64,000 nt of DNA. Origin: Yuukianura sp. NJ FZ-2021 (Eukaryota). Position 1 is the stretch's first letter. Each line of letters starts with the position of its first letter. Under the pieces are notes generated by a model. The model was not told where the DNA came from. It worked only from the letters and a program-made list of their open reading frames with translations, and did not search any database. Of the stretch, positions 10,668-24,947 are shown piece by piece. The translations under genes were made by a program, and so were the position numbers. Location: the NCBI GenBank assembly GCA_046563655.1, contig JAJCTO010000010.1, positions 682,001 to 746,000 of the forward strand, written 5' to 3'.

Positions 10668-13600
10668 GAGACGCATTGAAAAAAGTTTTGTATAGAAATG
10701 GCATAACAGTTGTGCTAGACCTAACAAAAACTGTTGTGGAGATTTACAACGACTCAGCAAAAAGCATAGCGTGTTGAAAACAATGCTAAAATTTTTCCAA
10801 TATTTTGAGGCAATTGAATAGATTTCGTATCAATGGATTGCAAAACAACTTAGCAGAATGCTGATGCAAAATATTGTAAACCCTGCAATTGAATGCTTAA
10901 ATGACGCAGTATTATGTTTCGAGTCGTAAATTTGGCCCCGTTAGCAATGAGAGGGATACCGCCGAAAATATCGCTTTTCATATATTGTATGAGACGCATT
11001 GAAAAAAGTTTTGTATAGAAATGGCATAACAGTTGTGCTAGACCTAACAAAAACTGTTGTGGAGATTTACAACGACTCAGCAAAAGGCTAAGGGTGTTGA
11101 AAACAATGCTAAAATTTTTCCAGTATTTTGAATCATTTGAAAAGCTTTCGTATCAATGGATTCAGAGCAACTTATTAGAATACTGATGCAAAATTTTGTA
11201 AACTCTGCAATTGAATGCTTAAATGACGCAGTATTATGTTTCGAGTCGTAAATTTGGCCCCGTTAGCAATGAGAGGGATACCGCCGAAAATATCGCTTTT
11301 CATATATTGTATGAGACGCATTGAAAAAAGTTTTGTATAGAAATGGCATAACAGTTGTGCTAGACCTAACAAAAACTGTTGTGGAGATTTACAACGACTC
11401 AGCAAAAAGCTAAGGGTGTTGAAAACAATGCTAAAATTTTTCCAGTATTTTGAATCATTTGAAAAGCTTTCGTATCAATGGATTCAGAGCAACTTATTAG
11501 AATGCTGATGCAAAATTTTGTAAACTCTGCAATTGAATGCTTAAATGACGCAGTATTATGTTTCGAGTCGTAAATTTGGCCCCGTTAGCAATGAGAGGGA
11601 TAACGCCGAAAATATCGCTTTTCATATATTGTATGAGACGCATTGAAAAAAGTTTTGTATAGAAAAAGCATAACAGTTGTGCTAGACCTAACAAAAACTG
11701 TTGTGGAGATTTACAACGACTCAGCAAAAGCTTAGGGTGTTGAAAACAATGCTAAAATTTTTCCAGTATTTTGAATCATTTGAATAGATTTCGTATCAAT
11801 GGATTGCAAAACAACTTAGCAGAATGCTGATGCAAAATATTGTAAACCCTGCAATTGAATGCTTAAATGACGCAGTAGTATGTTTCGAGTCGTAAATTTG
11901 GCCCCGTTAGCAATGAGAGGGATACCGCCGAAAATATCGCTTTTCATATATTGTATGAGACGCATAGAAAAAAGTTTTGTATAGAAATGGCATAACAGTT
12001 GTGCTAGACCTAACAAAAACTGTTGTGGAGATTTACAACGACTCAGCAAAAAGCTAAGGGTGTTGAAAACAATGCTAAAATTTTTCCAGTATTTTGAATC
12101 ATTTGAAAAGCTTTCGTATCAATGGATTCAGAGCAACTTATTAGAATGCTGATGCAAAATTTTGTAAACTCTGCAATTGAATGCTTAAATGACGCAGTAT
12201 TATGTTTCGAGTCGTAAATTTGGCCCCGTTAGCAATGAGAGGGATACCGCCGAAAATATCGCTTTTCATATATTGTATGAGACGCATTGAAAAAAGTTTT
12301 GTATTGAAATGGCATAACAGTTGTGCTAGACCTAACAAAAACTGTTGTGGAGATTTACAACGACTCAGCAAAAAGCTTAGGGTGTTGAAAACAATGCTAA
12401 AATTTTTCCAGTATTTTGAATCATTTGAATAGATTTCGTATCAATGGATTGCAAAACAACTTAGCAGAATGCTGATGCAAAATATTGTAAACCCTGCAAT
12501 TGAATGCTTAAATGACGCAGTAGTATGTTTCGAGTCGTAAATTTGTCCCCGTTAGCAATGAGAGGGATACCGCCGAAAATATCGCTTTTCATATATTGTA
12601 TGAGACGCATTGAAAAAAGTTTTGTATAGAAATGGCATAACAGTTGTGCTAGACCTAACAAAAACTGTTGTGGAGATTTACAACGACTCAGCAAAAAGCA
12701 TAGCGTGTTGAAAACAATGCTAAAATTTTTCCAGTATTTTGAATCATTTGAAAAGCTTTCGTATCAATGGATTCAGAGCAACTTATTAGAATGCTGATGC
12801 AAAATTTTGTAAACTCTGCAATTGAATGCTTAAATGACGCAGTATTATGTTTCGAGTCGTAAATTTGGCCCCGTTAGCAATGAGAGGGATACCGCCGAAA
12901 ATATCGCTTTTCATATATTGTATGAGACGCATTGAAAAAAGTTTTGTATAGAAATGGCATAACAGTTGTGCTAGACCTAACAAAAACTGTTGTGGAGATT
13001 TACAACGACTCAGCAAAAAGCATAGCGTGTTGAAAACAATGCTAAAATTTTTCCAGTATTTTGAATCATTTGAAAAGCTTTCGTATCAATGGATTCAGAG
13101 CAACTTATTAGAATGCTGATGCAAAATTTTGTAAACTCTGCAATTGAATGCTTAAATGACGCAGTATTATGTTTCGAGTCGTAAATTTGGCCCCGTTAGC
13201 AATGAGAGGGATACCGCCGAAAATATCGCTTTTCATATATTGTATGAGACGCATAGAAAAAAGTTTTGTATAGAAATGGCATAACAGTTGTGCTAGACCT
13301 AACAAAAACTGTTGTGGAGATTTACAACGATGCAGCAAAAAGCTTAAGGTGTTGAAAACAATGCTAAAATTTTTCCAGTATTTTGAATCATTTGAAAAGC
13401 TTTCGTATCAATGGATTCAGAGCAACTTATTAGAATGCTGATGCAAAATTTTGTAAACTCTGCAATTGAATGCTTAAATGACGCAGTATTATGTTTCGAG
13501 TCGTAAATTTGGCCCCGTTAGCAATGAGAGGGATACCGCCGAAAATATCGCTTTTCATATATTGTATGAGACGCATTGAAAAAAAGTTTTGTATAGAAAT

Positions 13601-16600
13601 GGCATAACAGTTGTGCTAGACCTAACAAAAACTGTTGTGGAGATTTACAACGATTCAGCAAAAAGCTTAGGGTGTTGAAAACAATGCTAAAATTTTTCCA
13701 GTATTTTGAATCATTTGAAAAGCTTTCGTATCAATGGATTGCAGAGCAACTTATTAGAATGCTGATGCAAAATTTTGTAAACTCTGCAATTGAATGCTTA
13801 AATGACGCAGTATTATGTTTCGAGTCGTAAATTTGGCCCCGTTAGCAATGAGAGGGATACCGCCGAAAATATCGCTTTTCATATATTGTATGAGACGCAT
13901 AGAAAAAAGTTTTGTATAGAAATGGCATAACAGTTGTGCTAGACCTAACAAAAACTGTTGTGGAGATTTACAACGATTCAGCAAAAAGCTTAGGGTGTTG
14001 AAAACAATGCTAAAATTTTTCCAGTATTTTGAATCATTTGAAAAGCTTTCGTATCAATGGATTGCAGAGCAACTTATTAGAATGCTGATGCAAAATTTTG
14101 TAAACTCTGCAATTGAATGCTTAAATGACGCAGTATTATGTTTCGAGTCGTAAATTTGGCCCCGTTAGCAATGAGAGGGATACCGCCGAAAATATCGCTT
14201 TTCATATATTGTATGAGACGCATTGAAAAAAAGTTTTGTATAGAAATGGCATAACAGTTGTGCTAGACCTAACAAAAACTGTTGTGGAGATTTACAACGA
14301 TTCAGCAAAAAGCTTAGGGTGTTGAAAACAATGCTAAAATTTTTCCAGTATTTTGAATCATTTGAAAAGCTTTCGTATCAATGGATTCAGAGCAACTTAT
14401 TAGAATGCTGATGCAAAATTTTGTAAACTCTGCAATTGAATGCTTAAATGACGCAGTATTATGTTTCGAGTCGTAAATTTGGCCCCGTTAGCAATGAGAG
14501 GGATACCGCCGAAAATATCGCTTTTCATATATTGTATGAGACGCATAGAAAAAAGTTTTGTATAGAAATGGCATAACAGTTGTGCTAGACCTAACAAAAA
14601 CTGTTGTGGAGATTTACAACGACTCAGCAAAAAGCATAGCGTGTTGAAAACAATGCTAAAATTTTTCCAGTATTTTGAATCATTTGAAAAGCTTTCGTAT
14701 CAATGGATTCAGAGCAACTTATTAGAATGCTGATGCAAAATTTTGTAAACTCTGCAATTGAATGCTTAAATGACGCAGTATTATGTTTCGAGTCGTAAAT
14801 TTGGCCCCGTTAGCAATGAGAGGGATACCGCCGAAAATATCGCTTTTCATATATTGTATGAGACGCATAGAAAAAAGTTTTGTATAGAAATGGCATAACA
14901 GTTGTGCTAGACCTAACAAAAACTGTTGTGGAGATTTACAACGATTCAGCAAAAAGCTTAGGGTGTTGAAAACAATGCTAAAATTTTTCCAGTATTTTGA
15001 ATCATTTGAAAAGCTTTCGTATCAATGGATTCAGAGCAACTTATTAGAATGCTGATGCAAAATTTTGTAAACTCTGCAATTGAATGCTTAAATGACGCAG
15101 TATTATGTTTCGAGTCGTAAATTTGGCCCCGTTAGCAATGAGAGGGATACCGCCGAAAATATCGCTTTTCATATATTGTATGAGACGCATGGAAAAAAGA
15201 TTTCGTATCAATGGATTGCAAAACAACTTAGCAGAATGCTGATGCAAAATATTGTAAACCCTGCAATTGAATGCTTCAATGACGCAGTAGTATGTTTCGA
15301 GTCGTAAATTTGGCCCCGTTAGCAATGAGAGGGATACCGCCGAAAATATCGCTTTTCATATATTGTATGAGACGCATTGAAAAAAGTTTTGTATAGAAAT
15401 GGCATAACAGTTGTGCTAGACCTAACAAAAACTGTTGTGGAGATTTACAACGACTCAGCAAAAAGCTAAGGGTGTTGAAAACAATGCTAAAATTTTTCCA
15501 GTATTTTGAATCATTTGAAAAGCTTTCGTATCAATGGATTCAGAGCAACTTATTAGAATGCTGATGCAAAATTTTGTAAACTCTGCAATTGAATGCTTAA
15601 ATGACGCAGTATTATGTTTCGAGTCGTAAATTTGGCCCCGTTAGCAATGAGAGGGATACCGCCGAAAATATCGCTTTTCATATATTGTATGAGACGCATT
15701 GAAAAAAGTTTTGTATTGAAATGGCATAACAGTTGTGCTAGACCTAACAAAAACTGTTGTGGAGATTTACAACGACTCAGCAAAAAGCTTAGGGTGTTGA
15801 AAACAATGCTAAAATTTTTCCAGTATTTTGAATCATTTGAATAGATTTCGTATCAATGGATTGCAAAACAACTTAGCAGAATGCTGATGCAAAATATTGT
15901 AAACCCTGCAATTGAATGCTTAAATGACGCAGTAGTATGTTTCGAGTCGTAAATTTGTCCCCGTTAGCAATGAGAGGGATACCGCCGAAAATATCGCTTT
16001 TCATATATTGTATGAGACGCATTGAAAAAAGTTTTGTATAGAAATGGCATAACAGTTGTGCTAGACCTAACAAAAACTGTTGTGGAGATTTACAACGACT
16101 CAGCAAAAAGCATAGCGTGTTGAAAACAATGCTAAAATTTTTCCAGTATTTTGAATCATTTGAAAAGCTTTCGTATCAATGGATTCAGAGCAACTTATTA
16201 GAATGCTGATGCAAAATTTTGTAAACTCTGCAATTGAATGCTTAAATGACGCAGTATTATGTTTCGAGTCGTAAATTTGGCCCCGTTAGCAATGAGAGGG
16301 ATACCGCCGAAAATATCGCTTTTCATATATTGTATGAGACGCATAGAAAAAAGTTTTGTATAGAAATGGCATAACAGTTGTGCTAGACCTAACAAAAACT
16401 GTTGTGGAGATTTACAACGACTCAGCAAAAAGCATAGCGTGTTGAAAACAATGCTAAAATTTTTCCAGTATTTTGAATCATTTGAAAAGCTTTCGTATCA
16501 ATGGATTCAGAGCAACTTATTAGAATGCTGATGCAAAATTTTGTAAACTCTGCAATTGAATGCTTAAATGACGCAGTATTATGTTTCGAGTCGTAAATTT

Positions 16601-17070
16601 GGCCCCGTTAGCAATGAGAGGGATACCGCCGAAAATATCGCTTTTCATATATTGTATGAGACGCATAGAAAAAAGTTTTGTATAGAAATGGCATAACAGT
16701 TGTGCTAGACCTAACAAAAACTGTTGTGGAGATTTACAACGACTCAGCAAAAAGCATAGCGTGTTGAAAACAATGCTAAAATTTTTCCAGTATTTTGAAT
16801 CATTTGAAAAGCTTTCGTATCAATGGATTCAGAGCAACTTATTAGAATGCTGATGCAAAATTTTGTAAACTCTGCAATTGAATGCTTAAATGACGCAGTA
16901 TTATGTTTCGAGTCGTAAATTTGGCCCCGTTAGCAATGAGAGGGATACCGCCGAAAATATCGCTTTTCATATATTGTATGAGACGCATAGAAAAAAGTTT
17001 TGTATAGAAATGGCATAACAGTTGTGCTAGACCTAACAAAAACTGTTGTGGAGATTTACAACGACTCAGC
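10668..17070. repeat. 322/323-bp satellite array segment (~20 monomers)
   Basis: Head-to-tail near-identical monomers. Two variant classes: TAGATTTCG..GCAAAACAACTTAGCAG (323 bp) and AAGCTTTCG..CAGAGCAACTTATTAG (322 bp). Confidence 0.99.
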
Positions 17071-18302
17071 AAACAAGGTAGGGCGATGCTCAAGGGTTGA
17101 GCATAGGTCTTCTGGAGGAAGTTGACAATTGATACGACATTTAGACCGGCCTACCGCAAGACTGGGGACGAACTGAGAAACCGTTTTGATGGAATTGAAG
17201 CTCTAAAACGTCACTGAAAATTTTCAGTGCAAACGTGAGATCCTACTTTGTGCATGAGTTGCAACAAAATTGTCTTGGCAATTTTACGTTTAATTGAACC
17301 AAAATCATGCTAAAGCTTTGAGGCCGAAAATATCTGCACTGAATTGATGTTGTTAACTTGTTGTGCACAAAATTCACAAAAGTGAGCGTTTAGGAGAAGT
17401 GGTCGAATATCGTTCTTGATTGATGTCCTTAATTTGTTGAGGAAGATGCACAGAGTGTATTGTCGATGTTCTCATGGCGATGCTCAAGGTACTTCTCAAA
17501 CCTGCACAAACCTTCAATAATTGCACAAAATTGTACGTTGTGGGGTAGGGGTCGAATATCGTTTCTTTAAAATCAAAGCAAATTTGCATTCTTGTGAATG
17601 CAAATTTGAACCCTCCCATTTGCTGCTTACGTGTTACGAATTTAAAACGGATTCAGAGCCTTCTCATCAGTCCCAAATTAACAACGTAAATAAACATACT
17701 GTCAGAAAATTACCGGGTCAAAACTTCGTTGTTTAAATAAACTTTGAGTATAATCGAAACTAAAAAATTTCGGGAAACGACTTTACTGCTGTTATTTTTG
17801 CTACGCTGTTAATTTTAGAGTTGTAGTGCAATGTAGACCTACTGAAAACACTTGAGCCGGAGATAACCCCCAAACTGCGATGGGGCTTATGTTAATTAAT
17901 TATGTTTAATTAAGCCATGCTTGGATGTTACGGATTTAAGCCAAATTTTCTCCCATCTAATCAGCCGTAATTTAACAACGTAACTAAACATACTGCCAGA
18001 AAGTGACCAGATCAAAACTCCGTTGTTTATAAATACTTTGAGTGCAATCGAAACCAAAACTGTTTTGCATAGCCACGATACTGCGGGTACGAAAAGTAGC
18101 CGCCAACTTTTACGTTGTTAATTTAACACTTTGAGTACAATGTATACCTAGTGAAAACATTTGAACCGTAGATAACCCCCCGACTGCGATGGGGCTAATG
18201 TTTCAATGGAAAGGTTCCTAAAAAACGTTACGGACAGACAGACAAAGTCGTATCAATAGTCTTCTTCAGCATGTCGTAGACATGCGTCTCCAGAAGACTA
18301 AA
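17071..18302 (-). mobile_element. HINE/DINE-1-like element, copy 2 (internal ~300-bp core duplicated)
   Basis: AAACAAGGTAGGGCGATGCTCAAGGGTTGAGCATAGGTCTTCTGGAG ... GACAGACA ... CTCCAGAAGACTAAAA; inserted in the CAGCAAAAAGC A-run with no TSD. Confidence 0.85.
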
Positions 18303-21300
18303 AGCATAGCGTGTTGAAAACAATGCTAAAATTTTTCCAGTATTTTGAATCATTTGAAAAGCTTTCGTATCAATGGATTCAGAGCAACTTATTAGAATGC
18401 TGATGCAAAATTTTGTAAACTCTGCAATTGAATGCTTAAATGACGCAGTATTATGTTTCGAGTCGTAAATTTGGCCCCGTTAGCAATGAGAGGGATACCG
18501 CCGAAAATATCGCTTTTCATATATTGTATGAGACGCATAGAAAAAAGTTTTGTATAGAAATGGCATAACAGTTGTGCTAGACCTAACAAAAACTGTTGTG
18601 GAGATTTACAACGACTCAGCAAAAGGCTAAGGGTGTTGAAAACAATGCTAAAATTTTTCCAGTATTTTGAATCATTTGAATAGATTTCGTATCAATGGAT
18701 TGCAAAACAACTTATTAGAATGCTGATGCAAAATATTGTAAACTCTGCAATTGAATGCTTAAATGACGCAGTATTATGTTTCGAGTCGTAAATTTGGCCC
18801 CGTTAGCAATGAGAGGGATACCGCCGAAAATATCGCTTTTCATATATTGTATGAGACGCATTGAAAAAAGTTTTGTATAGAAATAGCATAACAGTTGTGC
18901 TAGACCTAACAAAAACTGTTGTGGAGATTTACAACGACTCAGCAAAAAGCTTAGGGTGTTGAAAACAATGCTAAAATTTTTCCAGTATTTTGAATCATTT
19001 GAATAGATTTCGTATCAATGGATTGCAAAACAACTTAGCAGAATGCTGATGCAAAATATTGTAAACCCTGCAATTGAATGCTTAAATGACGCAGTAGTAT
19101 GTTTCGAGTCGTAAATTTGGCCCCGTTAGCAATGAGAGGGATACCGCCGAAAATATCGCTTTTCATATATTGTATGAGACGCATAGAAAAAAGTTTTGTA
19201 TAGAAATGGCATAACAGTTGTGCTAGACCTAACAAAAACTGTTGTGGAGATTTACAACGACTCAGCAAAAAGCTAAGGGTGTTGAAAACAATGCTAAAAT
19301 TTTTCCAGTATTTTGAATCATTTGAAAAGCTTTCGTATCAATGGATTCAGAGCAACTATTAGAATGCTGATGCAAAATTTTGTAAACTCTGCAATTGAAT
19401 GCTTAAATGACGCAGTATTATGTTTCGAGTCGTAAATTTGGCCCCGTTAGCAATGAGAGGGATACCGCCGAAAATATCGCTTTTCATATATTGTATGAGA
19501 CGCATTGAAAAAAGTTTTGTATAGAAATAGCATAACAGTTGTGCTAGACCTAACAAAAACTGTTGTGGAGATTTACAACGACTCAGCAAAAAGTTTAGGG
19601 TGTTGAAAACAATGCTAAAATTTTTCCAGTATTTTGAATCATTTGAATAGATTTCGTATCAATGGATTGCAAAACAACTTAGCAGAATGCTGATGCAAAA
19701 TAATGTAAACCCTGCAATTGAATGCTTAAATGACGCAGTAGTATGTTTCGAGTCGTAAATTTGGCCCCGTTAGCAATGAGAGGGATACCGCCGAAAATAT
19801 CGCTTTTCATATATTGTATGAGACGCATAGAAAAAAGTTTTGTATAGAAATGGCATAACAGTTGTGCTAGACCTAACAAAAACTGTTGTGGAGATTTACA
19901 ACGACTCAGCAAAAAGCATAGCGTGTTGAAAACAATGCTAAAATTTTTCCAGTATTTTGAATTATTTGAAAAGCTTTCGTATCAATGGATTCAGAGCAAC
20001 TTATTAGAATGCTGATGCAAAATTTTGTAAACTCTGCAATTGAATGCTTAAATGACGCAGTATTAGGTTTCGAGTCGTAAATTTGGCCCCGTTAGCAATG
20101 AGAGGGATACCGCCGAAAATATCGCTTTTCATATATTGTATGAGACGCATAGAAAAAAGTTTTGTATAGAAATGGCATAACAGTTGTGCTAGACCTAACA
20201 AAAACTGTTGTGGAGATTTACAACGACTCAGCAAAAAGCATAGCGTGTTGAAAACAATGCTAAAATTTTTCCAGTATTTTGAATTATTTGAAAAGCTTTC
20301 GTATCAATGGATTCAGAGCAACTTATTAGAATGCTGATGCAAAATTTTGTAAACTCTGCAATTGAATGCTTAAATGACGCAGTATTATGTTTCGAGTCGT
20401 AAATTTGGCCCCGTTAGCAATGAGAGGGATACCGCCGAAAATATCGCTTTTCATATATTGTATGAGACGCATAGAAAAAAGTTTTGTATAGAAATGGCAT
20501 AACAGTTGTGCTAGACCTAACAAAAACTGTTGTGGAGATTTACAACGACTCAGCAAAAGGCTAAGGGTGTTGAAAACAATGCTAAAATTTTTCCAGTATT
20601 TTGAATTATTTGAAAAGCTTTCGTATCAATGGATTCAGAGCAACTTATTAGAATGCTGATGCAAAATTTTGTAAACTCTGCAATTGAATGCTTAAATGAC
20701 GCAGTATTATGTTTCGAGTCGTAAATTTGGCCCCGTTAGCAATGAGAGGGATACCGCCGAAAATATCGCTTTTCATATATTGTATGAGACGCATAGAAAA
20801 AAGTTTTGTATAGAAATGGCATAACAGTTGTGCTAGACCTAACAAAAACTGTTGTGGAGATTTACAACGACTCAGCAAAAAGTTTAGGGTGTTGAAAACA
20901 ATGCTAAAATTTTTCCAGTATTTTGAATCATTTGAATAGATTTCGTATCAATGGATTGCAAAACAACTTAGCAGAATGCTGATGCAAAATATTGTAAACC
21001 CTGCAATTGAATGCTTAAATGACGCAGTAGTATGTTTCGAGTCGTAAATTTGGCCCCGTTAGCAATGAGAGGGATACCGCCGAAAATATCGCTTTTCATA
21101 TATTGTATGAGACGCATAGAAAAAAGTTTTGTATAGAAATGGCATAACAGTTGTGCTAGACCTAACAAAAACTGTTGTGGAGATTTACAACGACTCAGCA
21201 AAAAGCATAGCGTGTTGAAAACAATGCTAAAATTTTTCCAGTATTTTGAATCATTTGAAAAGCTTTCGTATCAATGGATTCAGAGCAACTTATTAGAATG

Positions 21301-23053
21301 CTGATGCAAAATTTTGTAAACTCTGCAATTGAATGCTTAAATGACGCAGTATTATGTTTCGAGTCGTAAATTTGGCCCCGTTAGCAATGAGAGGATACCG
21401 CCGAAAATATCGCTTTTCATATATTGTATGAGACGCATTGAAAAAAGTTTTGTATAGAAATGGCATAACAGTTGTGCTAGACCTAACAAAAACTGTTGTG
21501 GAGATTTACAACGACTCAGCAAAAGGCTAAGGGTGTTGAAAACAATGCTAAAATTTTTCCAGTATTTTGAATCATTTGAAAAGCTTTCGTATCAATGGAT
21601 TCAGAGCAACTTATTAGAATGCTGATGCAAAATTTTGTAAACTCTGCAATTGAATGCTTAAATGACGCAGTATTATGTTTCGAGTCGTAAATTTGGCCCC
21701 GTTAGCAATGAGAGGGATACCGCCGAAAATATCGCTTTTCATATATTGTATGAGACGCATAGAAAAAAGTTTTGTATAGAAATGGCATAACAGTTGTGCT
21801 AGACCTAACAAAAACTGTTGTGGAGATTTACAACGACTCAGCAAAAGGCTAAGGGTGTTGAAAACAATGCTAAAATTTTTCCAGTATTTTGAATCATTTG
21901 AATAGATTTCGTATCAATGGATTGCAAAACAACTTAGCAGAATGCTGATGCAAAATATTGTAAACCCTGCAATTGAATGCTTAAATGACGCAGTATTATG
22001 TTTCGAGTCGTAAATTTGGCCCCGTTAGCAATGAGAGGGATACCGCCGAAAATATCGCTTTTCATATATTGTATGAGACGCATTGAAAAAAGTTTTGTAT
22101 TGAAATGGCATAACAGTTGTGCTAGACCTAACAAAAACTGTTGTGGAGATTTACAACGACTCAGCAAAAAGCTTAGGGTGTTGAAAACAATGCTAAAATT
22201 TTTCCAGTATTTTGAATCATTTGAATAGATTTCGTATCAATGGATTGCAAAACAACTTAGCAGAATGCTGATGCAAAATATTGTAAACCCTGCAATTGAA
22301 TGCTTAAATGACGCAGTATTATGTTTCGAGTCGTAAATTAGGCCCCGTTAGCAATGAGAGGGATACCGCCGAAAATATCGCTTTTCATATATTGTATGAG
22401 ACGCATTGAAAAAAGTTTTGTATAGAAATAGCATAACAGTTGTGCTAGACCTAACAAAAACTGTTGTGGAGATTTACAACGACTCAGCAAAAAGCTTAGG
22501 GTGTTGAAAACAATGCTAAAATTTTTCCAGTATTTTGAATCATTTGAATAGATTTCGTATCAATGGATTGCAAAACAACTTAGCAGAATGCTGATGCAAA
22601 ATATTGTAAACCCTGCAATTGAATGCTTAAATGACGCAGTAGTATGTTTCGAGTCGTAAATTTGGCCCCGTTAGCAATGAGAGGGATACCGCCGAAAATA
22701 TCGCTTTTCATATATTGTATGAGACGCATAGAAAAAAGTTTTGTATAGAAATGGCATAACAGTTGTGCTAGACCTAACAAAAACTGTTGTGGAGATTTAC
22801 AACGACTCAGCAAAAAGCTAAGGGTGTTGAAAACAATGCTAAAATTTTTCCAGTATTTTGAATCATTTGAAAAGCTTTCGTATCAATGGATTCAGAGCAA
22901 CTTATTAGAATGCTGATGCAAAATTTTGTAAACTCTGCAATTGAATGCTTAAATGACGCAGTATTAGGTTTCGAGTCGTAAATTTGGCCCCGTTAGCAAT
23001 GAGAGGGATACCGCCGAAAATATCGCTTTTCATATATTGTATGAGACGCATTG
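18303..23053. repeat. 322/323-bp satellite segment (~15 monomers)
   Basis: Tandem monomers. Confidence 0.99.
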
Positions 23054-23664
23054 TATGAGGAGGTAGGCTCCTCACGGGCCGCCACAAAGGGCACCCGAAA
23101 TGTAGGGTCAAGGACAGGTCACAAGAGTGACCTGGCACAAATAAATGGACTGGAAAATGGGCGGATGAGGGGGAAATGAACAAATAAACGTTTATTTGAA
23201 TAAATAATTGAAAAAAACGAAACAAGAACCAATGTGAGGATCTGTCCAGTGGTGGGTCTGTCTAAGTGGTGGGTCTATCCAAGTGGTGGGTCTATCCAAA
23301 TGGTGGGTCTATCCAAATGGTGGGTCTGTCCAGTTGCGGCGTGGCAGCAGAAAATGGCGGACGGAAAAGTTGGAGCGGAGAGACGTGGATCTGGACTGGA
23401 CAACTGGCAGCCGAAGACTGAAGAAGAAGTGGGAAGTGGGATTCTGCCTGTTCACAGGCAGAAAGTTCTCGAAGGTGGTTTGGGGTTTGGGTAGGGGAAA
23501 AACACACGTCGACGTGGGAAAAACGCCTTGTCATGTTCCTTTGCAGGAGCATGGCAAGGGCTAGTGGGGGAAAATACTGGACTTGGGGAGGAGTCTTGGT
23601 TTCATTAGAAACCAAGACTAAAAAGAAATGAATTTCGGACGGGAGAGGGAGTAACCTCCTCACA
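23054..23664 (-). repeat. Gypsy 3' LTR
   Basis: Near-identical to 33210-33832; contains five 16-bp TGGTGGGTCTRTCYAA-type repeats. Confidence 0.95.
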
Positions 23665-23729
23665 TGTCCCCAACGACTGTCAGCCGACCCGGCGACATCA
23701 CACGGGCGACTGGCAGCGGGACAGAGGCT

Positions 23730-24913
23730 CTACTTGGGGGGATTTTGGGGGTGACGGTTGGGGTTTTGGGAGCTCGAAGCCCAGAATTGAGCTCGACGCT
23801 GATGACGGGGAGGTGGAGGGGGCATCGGAGGTGGATTTTGCGGTGGAGGGGGAATTGGGGCTGGAGCTGGGGCTGGTGCTGGGGCTAGTGCTGGAACGGG
23901 GGGTGAAACCAATTGGGGGGAAGTAGAATTTTGGGGGGAACTGCCGAAAGTAACCGTAACGGAGGTAACACCAGTGGGGATTAGGGTGTAAAGGAGTCCA
24001 TAACCAGGGAAATTTGAGGGCAAAAGTGTGGAAAGGTTATGGGGCGAAGAAATGGTGATGGAAGTGCCGGAATTTGGGGAAAGTACTTGGGAAGTGACAG
24101 ATAGCATGGGAGAAACGGAAGTAGAAGCCGAATTAGAGGAAGTGACTGTAGTGGGGGTGGGAACTGAAGTAGCTGGGGCAGGAATGGAACGAGATGTGGA
24201 AGGAATTGAGGGAATTGAAGCAGAGGAAGACGGAAGTGGTGGTAAAAGTGGTTGTGGGCGAATTGGTGGGACAAGTGGACGAATTGGTGGGTTGAGTGGA
24301 CGTGGGGGGTACGGAACAGGACGGGAACTGGAAGATCCAGCTTTGGGGAGTTTTGGTGGGCCATCAGGGAATTTCAAATCCATAAGGGAGGGAACTTTAG
24401 TGGCCGCACCTCTCTTAAGAATTGAAGTGGGAACGGTTTTTGAGCCGCTGGGACGGGAATTGGGGTTCAAACAGGATTTGGGGGGAACAACGACGACAGA
24501 TCGGAGCTTTGGGGTTACAGAAGATGAGGGTGGGGCAGAAACCATCTCTTGGAGGCTACGGAGGGAACCGTGTGCTTGGGCAGAAGAGTGGGGCAGGTTG
24601 GGGGTCTTGGGGGAGTCTTCGGAGGGGCAGGAGAATCCCAATCAACATCGGCAGCGTCCATTGGCGTCGGAGCAGCATTTTGAGCAGGAGTTGAAGTAGA
24701 CGGAGTGGGTAGTGGCGGAGAGACGACAACGACTGGTGCTGGAGGAGCCGGAAAGGCGATGTCAGTGGTTGGAGACGAAGATGACGACGAATCCGAAGAG
24801 GAAGGCGAATTCGGAGGCGGTGGTGATGCTCGTAGCAACGCTTCTTCTTCCTCTTTGGCCAGATCAACTTCAGCGATGCCTTCTTCAGGCCCAAGGTCCA
24901 TCTCCTCGTCCAT
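23730..24913 (-). CDS. Gypsy accessory ORF3 region: acidic N-terminus then Pro/Ser-rich, two overlapping frames (24515-24913, 23730-24641); not env-like
   Basis: Splice-acceptor-like TTTTATTTATTTTTAG directly before ATG 24913; fills the gap between pol and the LTR; no signal peptide or TM segment visible. Confidence 0.5.
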
Positions 24914-24947
24914 CTAAAAATAAATAAAAGAACAGTATGAGTATAAA

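Noticed and set aside
23730..24913. env gene
   Set aside because: No signal peptide, furin site with fusion peptide, or C-terminal TM.
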